From contig JBGALR010000003.1 in assembly GCA_044223735.1 (NCBI GenBank), positions 18,128 through 82,127 on the forward strand: a stretch of 64,000 nt of DNA. The letters run 5' to 3'. Positions 1 through 10,162 of the stretch are shown here, in pieces (positions within the stretch are counted from its first letter, which is position 1; every line of letters starts with the position of its first letter). The notes under the pieces are model-generated. The model was not told the DNA's origin. It worked only from the letters and a program-made list of their open reading frames with translations, and did no database searches. The translations under genes and the position numbers were made by a program. This stretch comes from Limisphaerales bacterium (GTDB taxonomy: Bacteria > Verrucomicrobiota > Verrucomicrobiia > Limisphaerales > UBA8199).

Positions 1-317
1 TAGGTGTAATACAGTTGTGGCACCGGAGTGAAATCGGAACTGGGACTCGCGGTTGCGCCGGTGGGCGAGGTGTATTCGACGCCGGCGGAAACGAAGTAAA
101 CGCCCGCGCGAATTTGCTGTCCTTCCAGTTGCGTAATGCCCGCGGGGTTATAATAAACCGCCGACGGATTGTCCGCAGTCGCCGTAAAGGCGTTGCCGCG
201 GGAGATGGCTTGGGGGTCCTGATTCGGCAGCCGGAATCCCACGGCTCCCGCCACGGCAGGCCAAAGTGCGGCGGCGACCAACAGACGCACGGCATTACGG
301 ACGTTGTGCATTTTCAT
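1..317 (-). CDS. FadL/OmpP1/TodX-family outer-membrane long-chain fatty acid/hydrophobic compound channel (5' part only; runs off the window's left edge)
   Basis: Not in the ORF track. Manual minus-strand translation from the ATG at 317 gives MKMHNVRNAVRLLVAAALWPAVAGA|VGFRLPNQDPQAISRGNAFTATADNPSAVYYNPAGITQLEGQ. This is a signal peptide plus the FadL hatch signature (GF..., G.A..A.AD..S..YYNPAG), open to position 1. Confidence 0.9.
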   Translation of the reverse strand, partial: MKMHNVRNAVRLLVAAALWPAVAGAVGFRLPNQDPQAISRGNAFTATADNPSAVYYNPAGITQLEGQQIRAGVYFVSAGVEYTSPTGATASPSSDFTPVPQLYYT

Positions 318-479
318 ATGTTTGTTCTAGTTGAGTTTGAACATGTCCGGGGGTTGTGACCGGAATGTCCAGTGCTGACCCAAACCGGGACAACCTTAGT
401 GGGAACTCACGAAACCGAACCGTGCGCCACCCGCTAAAATGCCGTCTCGAAGTGCTTCCTGGGACAACGGGCGCATTTC

Positions 480-495
480 AGCAGAACTAATGCCA
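480..495 (-). promoter_or_regulatory. Candidate sigma-54 (-24/-12) promoter facing the FadL-like gene
   Basis: The minus strand reads TGGCATTAGTTCTGCT, with exact GG-N10-GC spacing and close to the TGGCAC-N5-TTGCW consensus. It lies about 165 bp upstream of the ATG at 317. Confidence 0.45.
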
Positions 496-704
496 ATGGC
501 GGCCGATGTCGCTGGGCATCCTATTTCCAATCATCGCGCTGACAACCCTATAAATGGGGGCTTTCGCCCAATTTGCTTTCCGGTTGGCGCGAAAAATGGT
601 AACGCTAGCGTATGCGCGAATCTCGGTTGGTCGATTCCGCATGAGGCCTGGCTTCGCCCGGGCATGCACAAAAACCGTGAGTCAGTGTTGGTACGCTGGA
701 TTAA

Positions 705-2123
705 ATGACCTCAACAAGCACAGCTGTGAAGGACAGTCTCGCCACGTTCGAGACGAGCCAGGGAACGCCGATGCGCGCGAACCTGCTGCGTTTTTCCCGA
801 CACCTCGCTGTCCTGGAACTTTACAATCCCGCCAGTGTGCTCCAGACGTCGGAGGTCCTAAGCGAATTTAAACTCATCCTCAACGACCGTCCCCTGTACG
901 CCGGTCGCGCGGTGGTGCGCAACATCATGAGCACCGGTTTGGTGATCGTTTGCGAAGTGACCCTGGATGACGCGTGGCTCGACGTGGATTTTTCTGCGGG
1001 CGTTCAGATGACAGAGAATCTCAACGAGCAATTCCAGGGATTCATCGCCGAGTGGCAAAAATTATATCGCGTCGCCCCGGAGTACAAGGTGGTGGTGGCG
1101 GACTTGCAGACTTTTCTCACGGACATCCGTCTCTGGCTGGAGCAAGTGGAGCTGGGCATTCGCGCCACGCCCACGGGCGATCGTAAGAAGCTGGAAGAAG
1201 ACTCGCTGCGCGGCCTGGAGAAATCCGTGGTGCCGTCCATACACAGTCTGTTCGAAAGATTTGAAGTCGTCTCGCAGGGTATAGCACCGGAACTGCGCCC
1301 CGCGCATGACGCGTTCGGCAAACGGCAGATTCATCCGTTGCTGCTGTGCTCGCCGTTTGTCTATCGCACATTCCAGAAGCCGCTCGGCTATGCCGGCGAT
1401 TATGAAATGGTGAACATGATGTTCCGCGAACCCTACGAAGGCGGCTCGTTGTTCGCGAAGATGATCAATACGTATGCGTTGCAACTGCCGCCGATTATCG
1501 CGCACCGCAACCGCATCGCCTTTTTGGAAGATCAACTGGTGAGGGAAACGGTGCGCATCGCGCCGCGCCAGCGGCTGGCGAGGGTTTTCACGCTCGGCTG
1601 CGGCCCCGCCCAGGAAGTACAGCGTTTTCTCGCGCGGGACGGCGTGGCGGAACGCGCGAGTTTTACGCTCGTGGATTTCAACGAGGAAACGCTGGCGCAT
1701 ACCAACAGCGTATTGACGGAATTGAAAAGCCGGCATCGGCGCGGCACGCCGATCAAATTGCTGAAGCAGTCGGTGCAGCAGATTTTGAAACAGGCGGACC
1801 GGGTGGTGCATCAACCGGCCGATCAATACGATTTCATTTATTGCGCCGGGCTGTTTGATTATCTTTCGGACAAGGTCTGTCGCAAGTTGATGGATATCTT
1901 TTACGACATGCTCGCGCCGGGCGGTCTGCTGCTGGCCACCAACGTGGACGTGCATCCGGCGGTGGGCGAGATGGAATGCTTTTTGGAATGGCACCTGATT
2001 CATCGCAATACCGAACAGATGGCCAAAGTCGCCCCGAGCCGGTCCGATCCGGACGAGGTGAAGTTGATTCGTGACCCAACCGGGGTGAACATATTCATGA
2101 CCGTTCGAAAACCCGAAGCGTGA
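705..2123 (+). CDS. phcB: PhcB-like class I SAM-dependent methyltransferase (3-hydroxy fatty acid methyl ester signal synthase family), with N-terminal beta-rich (PilZ-like) region
   Basis: 472 aa. Motifs KPLGYAGDYEMVN, AHRNR, SAM motif I LGCGPAQE, FIYCAGLFDYLSD and LEWHLIHR match my recollection of the Ralstonia PhcB family. The GTGA stop/start overlap with a membrane sensor kinase matches the phcB-phcS gene order. Confidence 0.75.
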   Translation: MTSTSTAVKDSLATFETSQGTPMRANLLRFSRHLAVLELYNPASVLQTSEVLSEFKLILNDRPLYAGRAVVRNIMSTGLVIVCEVTLDDAWLDVDFSAGVQMTENLNEQFQGFIAEWQKLYRVAPEYKVVVADLQTFLTDIRLWLEQVELGIRATPTGDRKKLEEDSLRGLEKSVVPSIHSLFERFEVVSQGIAPELRPAHDAFGKRQIHPLLLCSPFVYRTFQKPLGYAGDYEMVNMMFREPYEGGSLFAKMINTYALQLPPIIAHRNRIAFLEDQLVRETVRIAPRQRLARVFTLGCGPAQEVQRFLARDGVAERASFTLVDFNEETLAHTNSVLTELKSRHRRGTPIKLLKQSVQQILKQADRVVHQPADQYDFIYCAGLFDYLSDKVCRKLMDIFYDMLAPGGLLLATNVDVHPAVGEMECFLEWHLIHRNTEQMAKVAPSRSDPDEVKLIRDPTGVNIFMTVRKPEA

Positions 2124-4786
2124 GCACCTCCGTCCAATCCAAGACCGAAGCGCTGCGTAATTACGCCGATTACGAGAGCAAGATCACGGTAAAACACCTG
2201 GAGATCGGGTGCTTCCTCGTGATGGCGCTCATGCCCGTGGGGGTGGTGCTCGACTATTTCGTATATCCCGAGATGGTCGGCTACTTTTTCAAGCTGCGCC
2301 TGGCTTGCGTGGCGATGGAAGCATTCGTCTTGCTCCTGCTGCGCTCTTCCTCCAATCCGCGAACCCACCGGCTGCTCGGACTGCCCGTCGCGCTGCTGCC
2401 GGTATTTTTCATTTGCTGGATGATCGCCGTCACCAACGGCGCCGCCTCGCCTTATTACGCGGGGTTGAATCTGATTCTGCTCGCCATCGCCTTCGTGTTG
2501 CGCTGGGACGTTGGCTTGAGCCTGCTCGCTTTGTTTTTGATTTGCACGATGTACCTCGGGGCGTGCGGCCTGCATTATTTTGCGAACGGCCATCTCGGTG
2601 ACGGTGGTCGGGGCGTGTTCATCAACAATGTCTATTTCCTCTGCCTCACCGGCATCATCGTGGTGACGGGCAGCCGCATACATCGCGTGTTGCGCGAGCG
2701 GGAATTTGAGTTGCGTTATGAATTGGATAAAAACCGCGAGGCGCTTGAGGAGAGCAATCGCAAGCTGACTGAAAAGGACGAGTTCAAGAGCCGTTTCTTC
2801 GCCAACATCAGCCACGAACTGCGCACGCCGCTGACGTTGCTGATCGCGCCGATCGAGAACATGCTCCAACGCTTCCGCCTGGACCCGGAAACGAAGGAGT
2901 TGCTCGGCACCATGCATGCGAACGGCATGCGGTTGCTGAAGCTAATCAACGATTTGCTCGACCTCGTCCGTCTCGAATCCGGCCGCATGGAATTAAAGCA
3001 TGAGCCTCTGGAAGTGGGTGAATTCTTGAAGGGGCTGGCCAGCGCGGCACGACAGGTCGCGGACGACAAGCGCCTGCGCCTGGAGACTTTTGTGGATCCC
3101 GAGATTGGCACGGTGCAGGGCGACAAGGACAAGCTGGAAAAGGTTGTATTGAACCTCGTGTTCAATGCGCTGAAGTTTACCCCGGCGGGTGGCCGCGTCG
3201 AAATGCGCGCGGAAAAGAAGGGCGACCGTTGGGTGTTAACCGTGGCGGACACGGGCATGGGCATCTCGGCGAAAAATTTGCCGCACGTTTTCGACCGTTT
3301 CTGGCAGGCGGACGGTTCCTCGAAACGCAAGTACCAGGGGGTCGGCATCGGTCTGGCCCTCGTTAAGGAATTGGTGGAAGTGCAGGGCGGCCAGGTGACC
3401 GTGCAAAGCGAGGAAGGCAAAGGCACCACCTTTACCGTCAATCTTCCCTATGAGGAGGCGATCCCGCTGGAAAAATCAACTGCGGTGGCGCCCGAGGGTG
3501 TTCCGGCGGCCGCCAATGGTTTGGGTTCGGTAAGCTCCGAGGAATGGCTGGCCAATCTTTATCGCCGCGCGGAATTGTTCCCCGCGCTCACCCCGGTGCA
3601 GGAATCGATGCGGCCGGTGGAGACGATGCGCAACGGCAGTCTCCCCACCCTGCTCGTGGCTGACGACGAGCCGGACATGCTGCGCTTCCTGAAATCACAA
3701 TTGAGCCAGCATTACAACGTGCTCGAAGCCGTGGACGGCCAGCAAGCCGTTGAAAAGGCCAGCCAGTTTCTGCCCGACGTAATCCTGCTGGATATGATGA
3801 TGCCGGAGAAGGACGGCCTGCAGGCGTGCCGCGAAATTCGCGCGCACACGCCGACGCAGAGCATTCCGATCGTTTTGCTCACCGCCCGGGCGGACGAAGA
3901 AACCAAACTGAAGGCGTTGGAAGTGGGCGCGAGCGATTTCCTTTCGAAGCCGTTTTCGACCACCGAACTGCACGTCCGCATTCGCAATCTCGTGGAGTCG
4001 CACCAGTATCAGCGCAAGGTATCGAAGCAGAACCAGATTCTCGAATCGACGATCGATCAACTGAAGGACACCGAAACACAACTCGTACAGACCGAAAAGC
4101 TGGCCTCGCTGGGACGCATGAGCGCGGGCATCATTCACGAAATCAACAACCCCCTCAACTTTGCCACCACCGGCATTTTCACGCTCAAGAACAAGGGCAA
4201 ATACGTCGCTCCAGAACAGCAGGAGGAATACATGGATATCCTCAAGGACGTGGAAGAGGGAATCACGCGAGTGAAAAATATCGTGTCGGATTTGCGGATG
4301 TTCACGCATCCGGAAACCGAAAGCCGCGACCAGGTGGAAATCGCCGATGTCGTGTCCGCCGCCTTGCGGTTCCTCAGCAGTGAATGGAAGGACAAGGTTC
4401 GCATCGAACGAAACATGGTTGAGCATCAGACCATTTGGGCCAACAAAAACAAGCTCATTCATGTGCTCGTCAATCTGCTGCAAAACTCGCTCGACGCGAT
4501 GAAGTCGAAGACCTATGTGGACGAACAGCCGGCCATCTGGATCGAGGGTCGGGTGGAAAAAGAGCGAAGCATCCTGGTCGTTCGCGACAACGGCTCCGGC
4601 ATCGGCAAGGAGCATCTCGACAAGGTGTTTGATCCGTTCTTCACAACGAAGGACGTCGGCGAGGGTATGGGCCTGGGCCTGGCCATTTGTTACCGGATCG
4701 TGCAGGATTGCGAGGGGCGCATCACCGTGCGGACGGAGCAGGGTAAATTCTGTGAATTTACGCTGGAATTCCCTCGGAAAGGATGA
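2120..4786 (+). CDS. Membrane hybrid sensor histidine kinase, ~6TM-HisKA/HATPase-REC-HisKA/HATPase (PhcS-like sensor domain)
   Basis: 888 aa. Hydrophobic N-terminus containing SPYYAGLNLIL. First H-box ISHELRTPL with NALKFT, DTGMGI and GVGIGL. REC domain (VADDE, LLDMMMP, KPF). Second H-box IIHEINNPL with DNGSGI, FFTTK and GMGLGL. Confidence 0.9.
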   Translation: MSTSVQSKTEALRNYADYESKITVKHLEIGCFLVMALMPVGVVLDYFVYPEMVGYFFKLRLACVAMEAFVLLLLRSSSNPRTHRLLGLPVALLPVFFICWMIAVTNGAASPYYAGLNLILLAIAFVLRWDVGLSLLALFLICTMYLGACGLHYFANGHLGDGGRGVFINNVYFLCLTGIIVVTGSRIHRVLREREFELRYELDKNREALEESNRKLTEKDEFKSRFFANISHELRTPLTLLIAPIENMLQRFRLDPETKELLGTMHANGMRLLKLINDLLDLVRLESGRMELKHEPLEVGEFLKGLASAARQVADDKRLRLETFVDPEIGTVQGDKDKLEKVVLNLVFNALKFTPAGGRVEMRAEKKGDRWVLTVADTGMGISAKNLPHVFDRFWQADGSSKRKYQGVGIGLALVKELVEVQGGQVTVQSEEGKGTTFTVNLPYEEAIPLEKSTAVAPEGVPAAANGLGSVSSEEWLANLYRRAELFPALTPVQESMRPVETMRNGSLPTLLVADDEPDMLRFLKSQLSQHYNVLEAVDGQQAVEKASQFLPDVILLDMMMPEKDGLQACREIRAHTPTQSIPIVLLTARADEETKLKALEVGASDFLSKPFSTTELHVRIRNLVESHQYQRKVSKQNQILESTIDQLKDTETQLVQTEKLASLGRMSAGIIHEINNPLNFATTGIFTLKNKGKYVAPEQQEEYMDILKDVEEGITRVKNIVSDLRMFTHPETESRDQVEIADVVSAALRFLSSEWKDKVRIERNMVEHQTIWANKNKLIHVLVNLLQNSLDAMKSKTYVDEQPAIWIEGRVEKERSILVVRDNGSGIGKEHLDKVFDPFFTTKDVGEGMGLGLAICYRIVQDCEGRITVRTEQGKFCEFTLEFPRKG

Positions 4787-4938
4787 GATTACCTATGACC
4801 GGGAAACAAATGACTAATCGAATCAGGACAGCGCCGGGAGCGTTGTTGGCCGCCGCCGTTGGGGTGGCATTTCCGACGGTCTTCGCGTGCCGGGAAGACA
4901 GCGCCAATTTTTGAAACCTTTGATTTGAGCAGCGCCTT

Positions 4939-6204
4939 ATGCAAAACCTTTACGACTACAAGCGGTACGCGATTCTTTACGTTGACGACGAGGAGAAGTC
5001 GCTGAAGCAGTTCGCGCGTGCGTTTCAGGATCAATTTAAAATCTACACGGCTGCCAATGCGCAGGACGGGTTGAAACTGCTCGAACAGCACAAGGACGAA
5101 ATCGGCCTGTTGATGACGGACCAGCGGATGCCCGGCGAAAAAGGCGTCTGGCTGCTCGAGCGCGCCCGCCAGTTGCGTCCGCGCATTATTCGAATTCTCG
5201 CCACCGCTTACGCGGACATGGAGGCTGCCATTGCCGCCGTCAATACCGGGGCCATTTACAAATACGTCACCAAGCCGTGGGACCCGCCCCAGCTCGAAAA
5301 CACCCTGAAGCGCGGCCTCGAATTTTTCATGGTGCAGCATGAGCGCGACCAGTTGTTGAAGGAGAAGATGTCCGTCCTCCACAACATGATGATCGCCGAC
5401 CGGATCGTGAGCCTTGGTTTGCTCGCCGCCGGCCTGAGCCATCACATCCGCAACGCGCTGGTCGCGGTGAAAACCTTCCTGGATCTCGCCCCGTCCAAGA
5501 TGGAGGAGGAAAAGATTGACCTCGAAGGCCTTCGCAATCCGGATTTTTGGAAGGAATATTATACGAACGTCCAGGGGCAGATCGACAAGATCAACAACAT
5601 GTTGAAAGACCTGTGGACAGCGTCGGAAAAACCCGCGTTTGAGTTTTCCGACCAGGTACGTTTGCGCGAGGTGGTGGGAGAGACGATCGGACGGCTCAAG
5701 GACGGCTTCGCCGCGAAGAAAATTGAGGTGGTAAACGAGATTCCCGATTCACTGCCGGTGATGAACGTGGACAAGCACAAGTTTTACCGGCTTTTTGAAC
5801 TGTTGTTAAAGGACGAACTGGCCAGCCTGCCCGAAGGCAGCCGCGTCACCTTTGGCGCGAATGTTCACAACGGCGCGCCCTCGTCCAAACAGGAAATTGA
5901 GATCCGGATGAGCGACAACGGCCCTGGCCTGCCCAAAGAGGCCTTGCGGCTGGTGTTTGATCCGTTCGTGGTCCGCAGCGACAGCCCGATGGAGTACGGC
6001 ATCCATCTGATGGCGTGCTATTTCATCGTTCACCATCACAGTGGCAAGATCGATGCGAAAAGCGAGGAAGGGCAGGGCACGACCTTCACCTTGCGGCTGC
6101 CCGTAAATCCCGCCCACGTAGCCCCGGTCCAGAACGAGCATGAGTTTCTCCAGAAGGTGTTGCTTAGCGACAACCTCTGGGAAAAGCTTATCACTGCGGA
6201 TTAA
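4939..6204 (+). CDS. REC-histidine kinase hybrid response regulator (PhcR/PhcQ-like), with atypical ATP-binding domain
   Basis: 421 aa. REC domain (ILYVDDEEKSL, MTDQRMPG, TKPW). H-box LSHHIRNAL and DNGPG present. The N-box (LLLKDEL) and G2 box (EYGIHL) are degenerate. Confidence 0.85.
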   Translation: MQNLYDYKRYAILYVDDEEKSLKQFARAFQDQFKIYTAANAQDGLKLLEQHKDEIGLLMTDQRMPGEKGVWLLERARQLRPRIIRILATAYADMEAAIAAVNTGAIYKYVTKPWDPPQLENTLKRGLEFFMVQHERDQLLKEKMSVLHNMMIADRIVSLGLLAAGLSHHIRNALVAVKTFLDLAPSKMEEEKIDLEGLRNPDFWKEYYTNVQGQIDKINNMLKDLWTASEKPAFEFSDQVRLREVVGETIGRLKDGFAAKKIEVVNEIPDSLPVMNVDKHKFYRLFELLLKDELASLPEGSRVTFGANVHNGAPSSKQEIEIRMSDNGPGLPKEALRLVFDPFVVRSDSPMEYGIHLMACYFIVHHHSGKIDAKSEEGQGTTFTLRLPVNPAHVAPVQNEHEFLQKVLLSDNLWEKLITAD

Positions 6205-6554
6205 ATCGCCTGGAATGGGCGGGGTGGCGGAGGGGGGGACGCTTTCAGATCTCCTTCCGGTCGGGGAATAATCCCGGTGCGGCTTGCGTACTCACGCGGT
6301 CCAAAAATCCGTACTCCCCGTAATTGTTCCCCAAGTGCAATGCTGCTAATACTTTACGCCAACAAATGATTAATCAGTTGCCGGGCTAATAAGGAACTAG
6401 GGATGTTGGCTGCATACTTTGACAACTTTTCAGGGGCGCAACGCAATCTTGGGATTGCCACCGAAGGAAAAATGCTGCCTTATATCGACGGGGCGTTGTT
6501 ACGCTGCCGGGCGCAAGTGAGTTGTTTTTCGCGCCGGGCTGGGGGACGTGCATT

Positions 6555-8606
6555 ATGAAGACTTTATTAGTGCTGGCCGAACACCCCGATTTCGCCGAAG
6601 CCGTTCGGGTCGGGCTTAACCCCGATCAGTACCGGGTACTAAACCGTACCAGTATTGACGAGGCGGAGCCTTTGCTCGCGCACGGACTCGTGGACGCATG
6701 CATTGTGGACGTCGAAGTCGCAAGTGTTCAAGGTATCTGGTTCCTCGAAAAGCTGCGTCGCAAGAGCACCAAAATTCCCATCGTCATCTATACAGGCGCC
6801 AAGCAATGGGAGTGGGAGGAGGAGGCGTATCTGCAGGGTGTCGCTCATGTTCTCGGCAAGCCGGTGCGCCCGCGTCTGTTGTCGGCAGTACTCGAAAAAA
6901 TTCTCCCGACGGCTCCGCTCATGGCTCCGAGCCGTACCGCCCCACCCGTTGCGCCGTCGCTTTTTCCCGAGACGATCCGGCCCGCCGAGGGTGCCATGGC
7001 GGCGACCACCGCCCAGACGCTCAGCGTGCTCCGCGATTTTTCCGGCATCCTGACCCATTCGTTAAATGCGGAAGCGATGCTCCGGCAGTTCTTGCTGCTG
7101 CTCCGCGAAATTCTCAGCGTCAATCGCGCGGCCGTTTTTTTGCGGCAGCCGTTCGCCTCTTTTGGCGATTCCCCCGCGCTGGCGGAAAGCCGTCGTTTGC
7201 GTTCCGTGTCCGCGATTGGTATCTCACCGGGACTACTGCAGAATTTCGGTTTGTCCTTTGAAGGCGGCATCGGCGGCCATTTGTTCCGCCACGGCCGCAT
7301 CCTGCGTCGCTTCAGCGACGAGGCCCGGAACGACCTGGAGGCGCAAAAGGAATTTGAATTGCTCGGCTGCGAAGTGGCCGTGCCGATTCTGGATCGTGAA
7401 ACGGTTTTGGGGGTCGCTGTTTTTGATGGGCGCATCACCGGCGACCCGCTGGTGAACTCCGAACTGCAGTTGATTTTCCATTTGCTGGAACAGCTTGGTC
7501 TCGCGATCAAAAACATCTGGTTGCATGATCAGCTCGCCGGCAATCACCAGCTCATGGCCGACATCCTGCGGGAACTCAGCAGCGCTTGTGTCGTCGTGGG
7601 TCGTGACCTCACGATCCTGCACGCCAACAAGACCGCGCGTAAATATTTCTTCCGCAATGAGCGCCGGGGCGGTGATATGGAGTTTAGCGATCTGCCGCAG
7701 GCGCTCGGCGCCAAAACCTACCAGGTGCTCAAGACCGGCGCCGCCGTCTCAAGTTTTCGCTATGAACCCGAGGAGTCTCCCGGGACGATTTACAGCATTA
7801 CCATCGTGCCCTTCCAGCGGCAGCAGGCTGGTTTGCCCGCCTCGGCCCTCTTGATGGCGGAAGACCTCACGCAGAGCGAGAATTTGCAACGCCTGGAAAT
7901 CGAAGCCGCCAACCTGCGGCTCGTCAAAACCATGGCCGACCGGATGACGCACGAAATCGGCAATGCCATGGTGCCGCTCTCCACGCACCAGCAATTGCTG
8001 GCCGACAAGTGGAAGGACCCCGAATTTCGCGCGTCGCTCAACGTCGCGCTCGCCGACGGCGTCAAGCGCGTCACGCGCCTCATCAATCAGATGCGCTTCC
8101 TGGCCCGGGACGCCCTGGCGTCGGCGGAGGCATTCCCGCTGGAACCGCTCATTGAGGAGGCCTACCAGGAAGCGTGCAAGCATCAACCCGCCAAAGCCGC
8201 CCAGCTTAAGTACGATACCGGCAGCAAGCCGATTTTTGTGACCGGCGACCGCGCCGCTTTGAAACACGCGCTGGCTGAAGTGATGTTGAATGCGCTTCAG
8301 GCCAACCCGGCCGATCCGAAGATCGGGATTCATCTTCAAGCCGAGGCCACCGGTGGCAACGGTTTGCGCGGCTTGCAAATTGAAGTCCAGGACAACGGCG
8401 GCGGATTTTCCGCCGAAGCGGTCAAGAAAGCGTTCGTGCCATTTTTCACCACGCGCAACGTTGGGTTGGGACTGGGCTTGACCGTCAGCCACAAGATCAT
8501 CGAAACCCACCACGGCAAGGTGGAAATTCTTCCCTCTAAAGCGGGTCAAGCGGGTCTGGTGCGCATCTCGCTTCCTCTGGATTCGTCACTCAGCCTGCCT
8601 GCTTGA
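6555..8606 (+). CDS. Cytoplasmic hybrid kinase, REC-GAF-PAS-HisKA/HATPase
   Basis: ATG at 6555 (MKTLLVLAEH) preferred to the TTG at 6522. REC-like N-terminus, Pro-rich linker, GAF (VAVPILDRETVLGV), PAS (ILHANKTA), H-box THEIGNAM, NALQA, DNGGG, FFTTR and GLGLGL. Confidence 0.88.
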   Translation: MKTLLVLAEHPDFAEAVRVGLNPDQYRVLNRTSIDEAEPLLAHGLVDACIVDVEVASVQGIWFLEKLRRKSTKIPIVIYTGAKQWEWEEEAYLQGVAHVLGKPVRPRLLSAVLEKILPTAPLMAPSRTAPPVAPSLFPETIRPAEGAMAATTAQTLSVLRDFSGILTHSLNAEAMLRQFLLLLREILSVNRAAVFLRQPFASFGDSPALAESRRLRSVSAIGISPGLLQNFGLSFEGGIGGHLFRHGRILRRFSDEARNDLEAQKEFELLGCEVAVPILDRETVLGVAVFDGRITGDPLVNSELQLIFHLLEQLGLAIKNIWLHDQLAGNHQLMADILRELSSACVVVGRDLTILHANKTARKYFFRNERRGGDMEFSDLPQALGAKTYQVLKTGAAVSSFRYEPEESPGTIYSITIVPFQRQQAGLPASALLMAEDLTQSENLQRLEIEAANLRLVKTMADRMTHEIGNAMVPLSTHQQLLADKWKDPEFRASLNVALADGVKRVTRLINQMRFLARDALASAEAFPLEPLIEEAYQEACKHQPAKAAQLKYDTGSKPIFVTGDRAALKHALAEVMLNALQANPADPKIGIHLQAEATGGNGLRGLQIEVQDNGGGFSAEAVKKAFVPFFTTRNVGLGLGLTVSHKIIETHHGKVEILPSKAGQAGLVRISLPLDSSLSLPA

Positions 8607-8865
8607 TCGGGCAGGTTGCCCCATGCGGAGATCAGCTGCCTAAAGAAAGGGAAGGCGGGGGGCTGGTTATTTCCTGAATCTCCCATTTCATCAGCGGGAA
8701 TTTTCCCCCTCGGCGCGTCTCGCGCGTCGAAACGCCAGGTCTTCGTCAGGACACAACCCCATCTTTCCGCTTGTCGCCCGTTGTGGGCGTCTGGTAGAGT
8801 CGCTTCCTGCCGGACCAATCGGTGATGGTGTTGGTTCTGTTCTCAGACGAATTGAACATTTTACG

Positions 8866-10149
8866 ATGGCCGCCTCGTTGACATTAGACGCGATTCCGCC
8901 GCTTGCGCCTGCGGCTTCCTACCCAAAAAGCAAAGGCGTCTTGATGATCGTGGATGATGAGGACGGCGCAAGGCAGTCCCTCCGGGTCATTTTCAAGGAC
9001 GAATACGAAATTCTTATGGCGGGCGACGGAGCCAGTGCCATCAAGCTCGCCCAGGAAAACAAGATCGACGTCGTCGTGTGCGACGTCCGCATGGCCGGCA
9101 TGTCGGGTATCGAGGTGTTGGAACGGTTGAAATTCGTCAACCCCGACATTGAAGTCGTGATGATGACCGCTTTCGAGACGACCGACACCATGCGGCAGGC
9201 ATTGCGACTGCGCGCCTGCGATTACATCAACAAACCGTTCGATGTTTCCACGATGCGTGCCGCGGTGGCCAACGCGATGCAGCGTCACACGCTCGAAAGC
9301 GAAATCCACACGAATGCCGAAAAGCTTCAACAGTTGCTCGGCGAATTACAAAACCAGAAAATCGAGGAAAAGATGGCGCACACGCGCGGCGAAATTTACG
9401 CCAGCATCATCCACGACATCAACGGCCCGCTCACGGTCATCTCCGGCTTCATCCAGTTGATGAACCAGCGCATCGGCGATGCCACCGTACTGGAGGAAAA
9501 CGACCTGACTTTCGTCAAGGATCGCTTGCGCACTATCACGCGGCAGGTCACGAATTGCATCGAGATTTCGCGCCGTTACCTTGGCTTCCTGCGGCGTCAG
9601 TCGGATGACGTGCCCCGGGTTGGCGTGAATCAATTGCTCGCGGACCTCAGTCATCTCGTCCAGGTCCATCCGAGCCTGCACACCAACCAATTCCACGTTC
9701 GTCCGCTGCCCGAGGATATCGCCGTCCGCATGAACGGCACCGATGTCATTCAGATTCTGTTGAACCTGGCCGTGAATGGTTTTCAGTGCTCGCCTCACTC
9801 CCATTCCGTGCAAATCGAAGCCCGCGTGTTGCGGGAACCGGTGGATTTGGCGCAGATCAAGGACGGCCCGGAGGAACGCCTGCTCAATGTGGAAAATTTT
9901 GAAAATGCCACGCCGTTGTTGATGGTGGCCGTGCGCGACACGGGGCCGGGAATCCCGCCCGAGATTTTGCCGAAGATTTTTCAGCTCTACTTCACCACGA
10001 AAGGCGCTCGCCACGGCACCGGACTGGGCTTGAATATCGTTCAGCGTCTGGTGAAGGAAGCCAAGGGAGCGCTGCACATTCACACACGGCAGGGCGAAGG
10101 CACGACATTTACCATTTATCTTCCCGCCGTGAATTTGCCTCAGGCCTAA
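8866..10149 (+). CDS. REC-histidine kinase hybrid
   Basis: 427 aa. REC domain (IVDDE, VCDVRM, NKPF), H-box IIHDINGPL, NLAVNG, DTGPGI, YFTTK and GTGLGL. Confidence 0.9.
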   Translation: MAASLTLDAIPPLAPAASYPKSKGVLMIVDDEDGARQSLRVIFKDEYEILMAGDGASAIKLAQENKIDVVVCDVRMAGMSGIEVLERLKFVNPDIEVVMMTAFETTDTMRQALRLRACDYINKPFDVSTMRAAVANAMQRHTLESEIHTNAEKLQQLLGELQNQKIEEKMAHTRGEIYASIIHDINGPLTVISGFIQLMNQRIGDATVLEENDLTFVKDRLRTITRQVTNCIEISRRYLGFLRRQSDDVPRVGVNQLLADLSHLVQVHPSLHTNQFHVRPLPEDIAVRMNGTDVIQILLNLAVNGFQCSPHSHSVQIEARVLREPVDLAQIKDGPEERLLNVENFENATPLLMVAVRDTGPGIPPEILPKIFQLYFTTKGARHGTGLGLNIVQRLVKEAKGALHIHTRQGEGTTFTIYLPAVNLPQA

Positions 10150-10162
10150 ACGCTCGAAAAGG

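Noticed and set aside
15-359. 114 aa plus-strand ORF
   Set aside because: It is the antisense shadow of the FadL-like gene, which has a signal peptide and family motifs on the minus strand.
585-600. Sigma-54 promoter for the phcB-like gene (TGGCGCGAAAAATGGT)
   Set aside because: The -24 element is good, but the -12 position reads GG rather than GC. Too weak to call.
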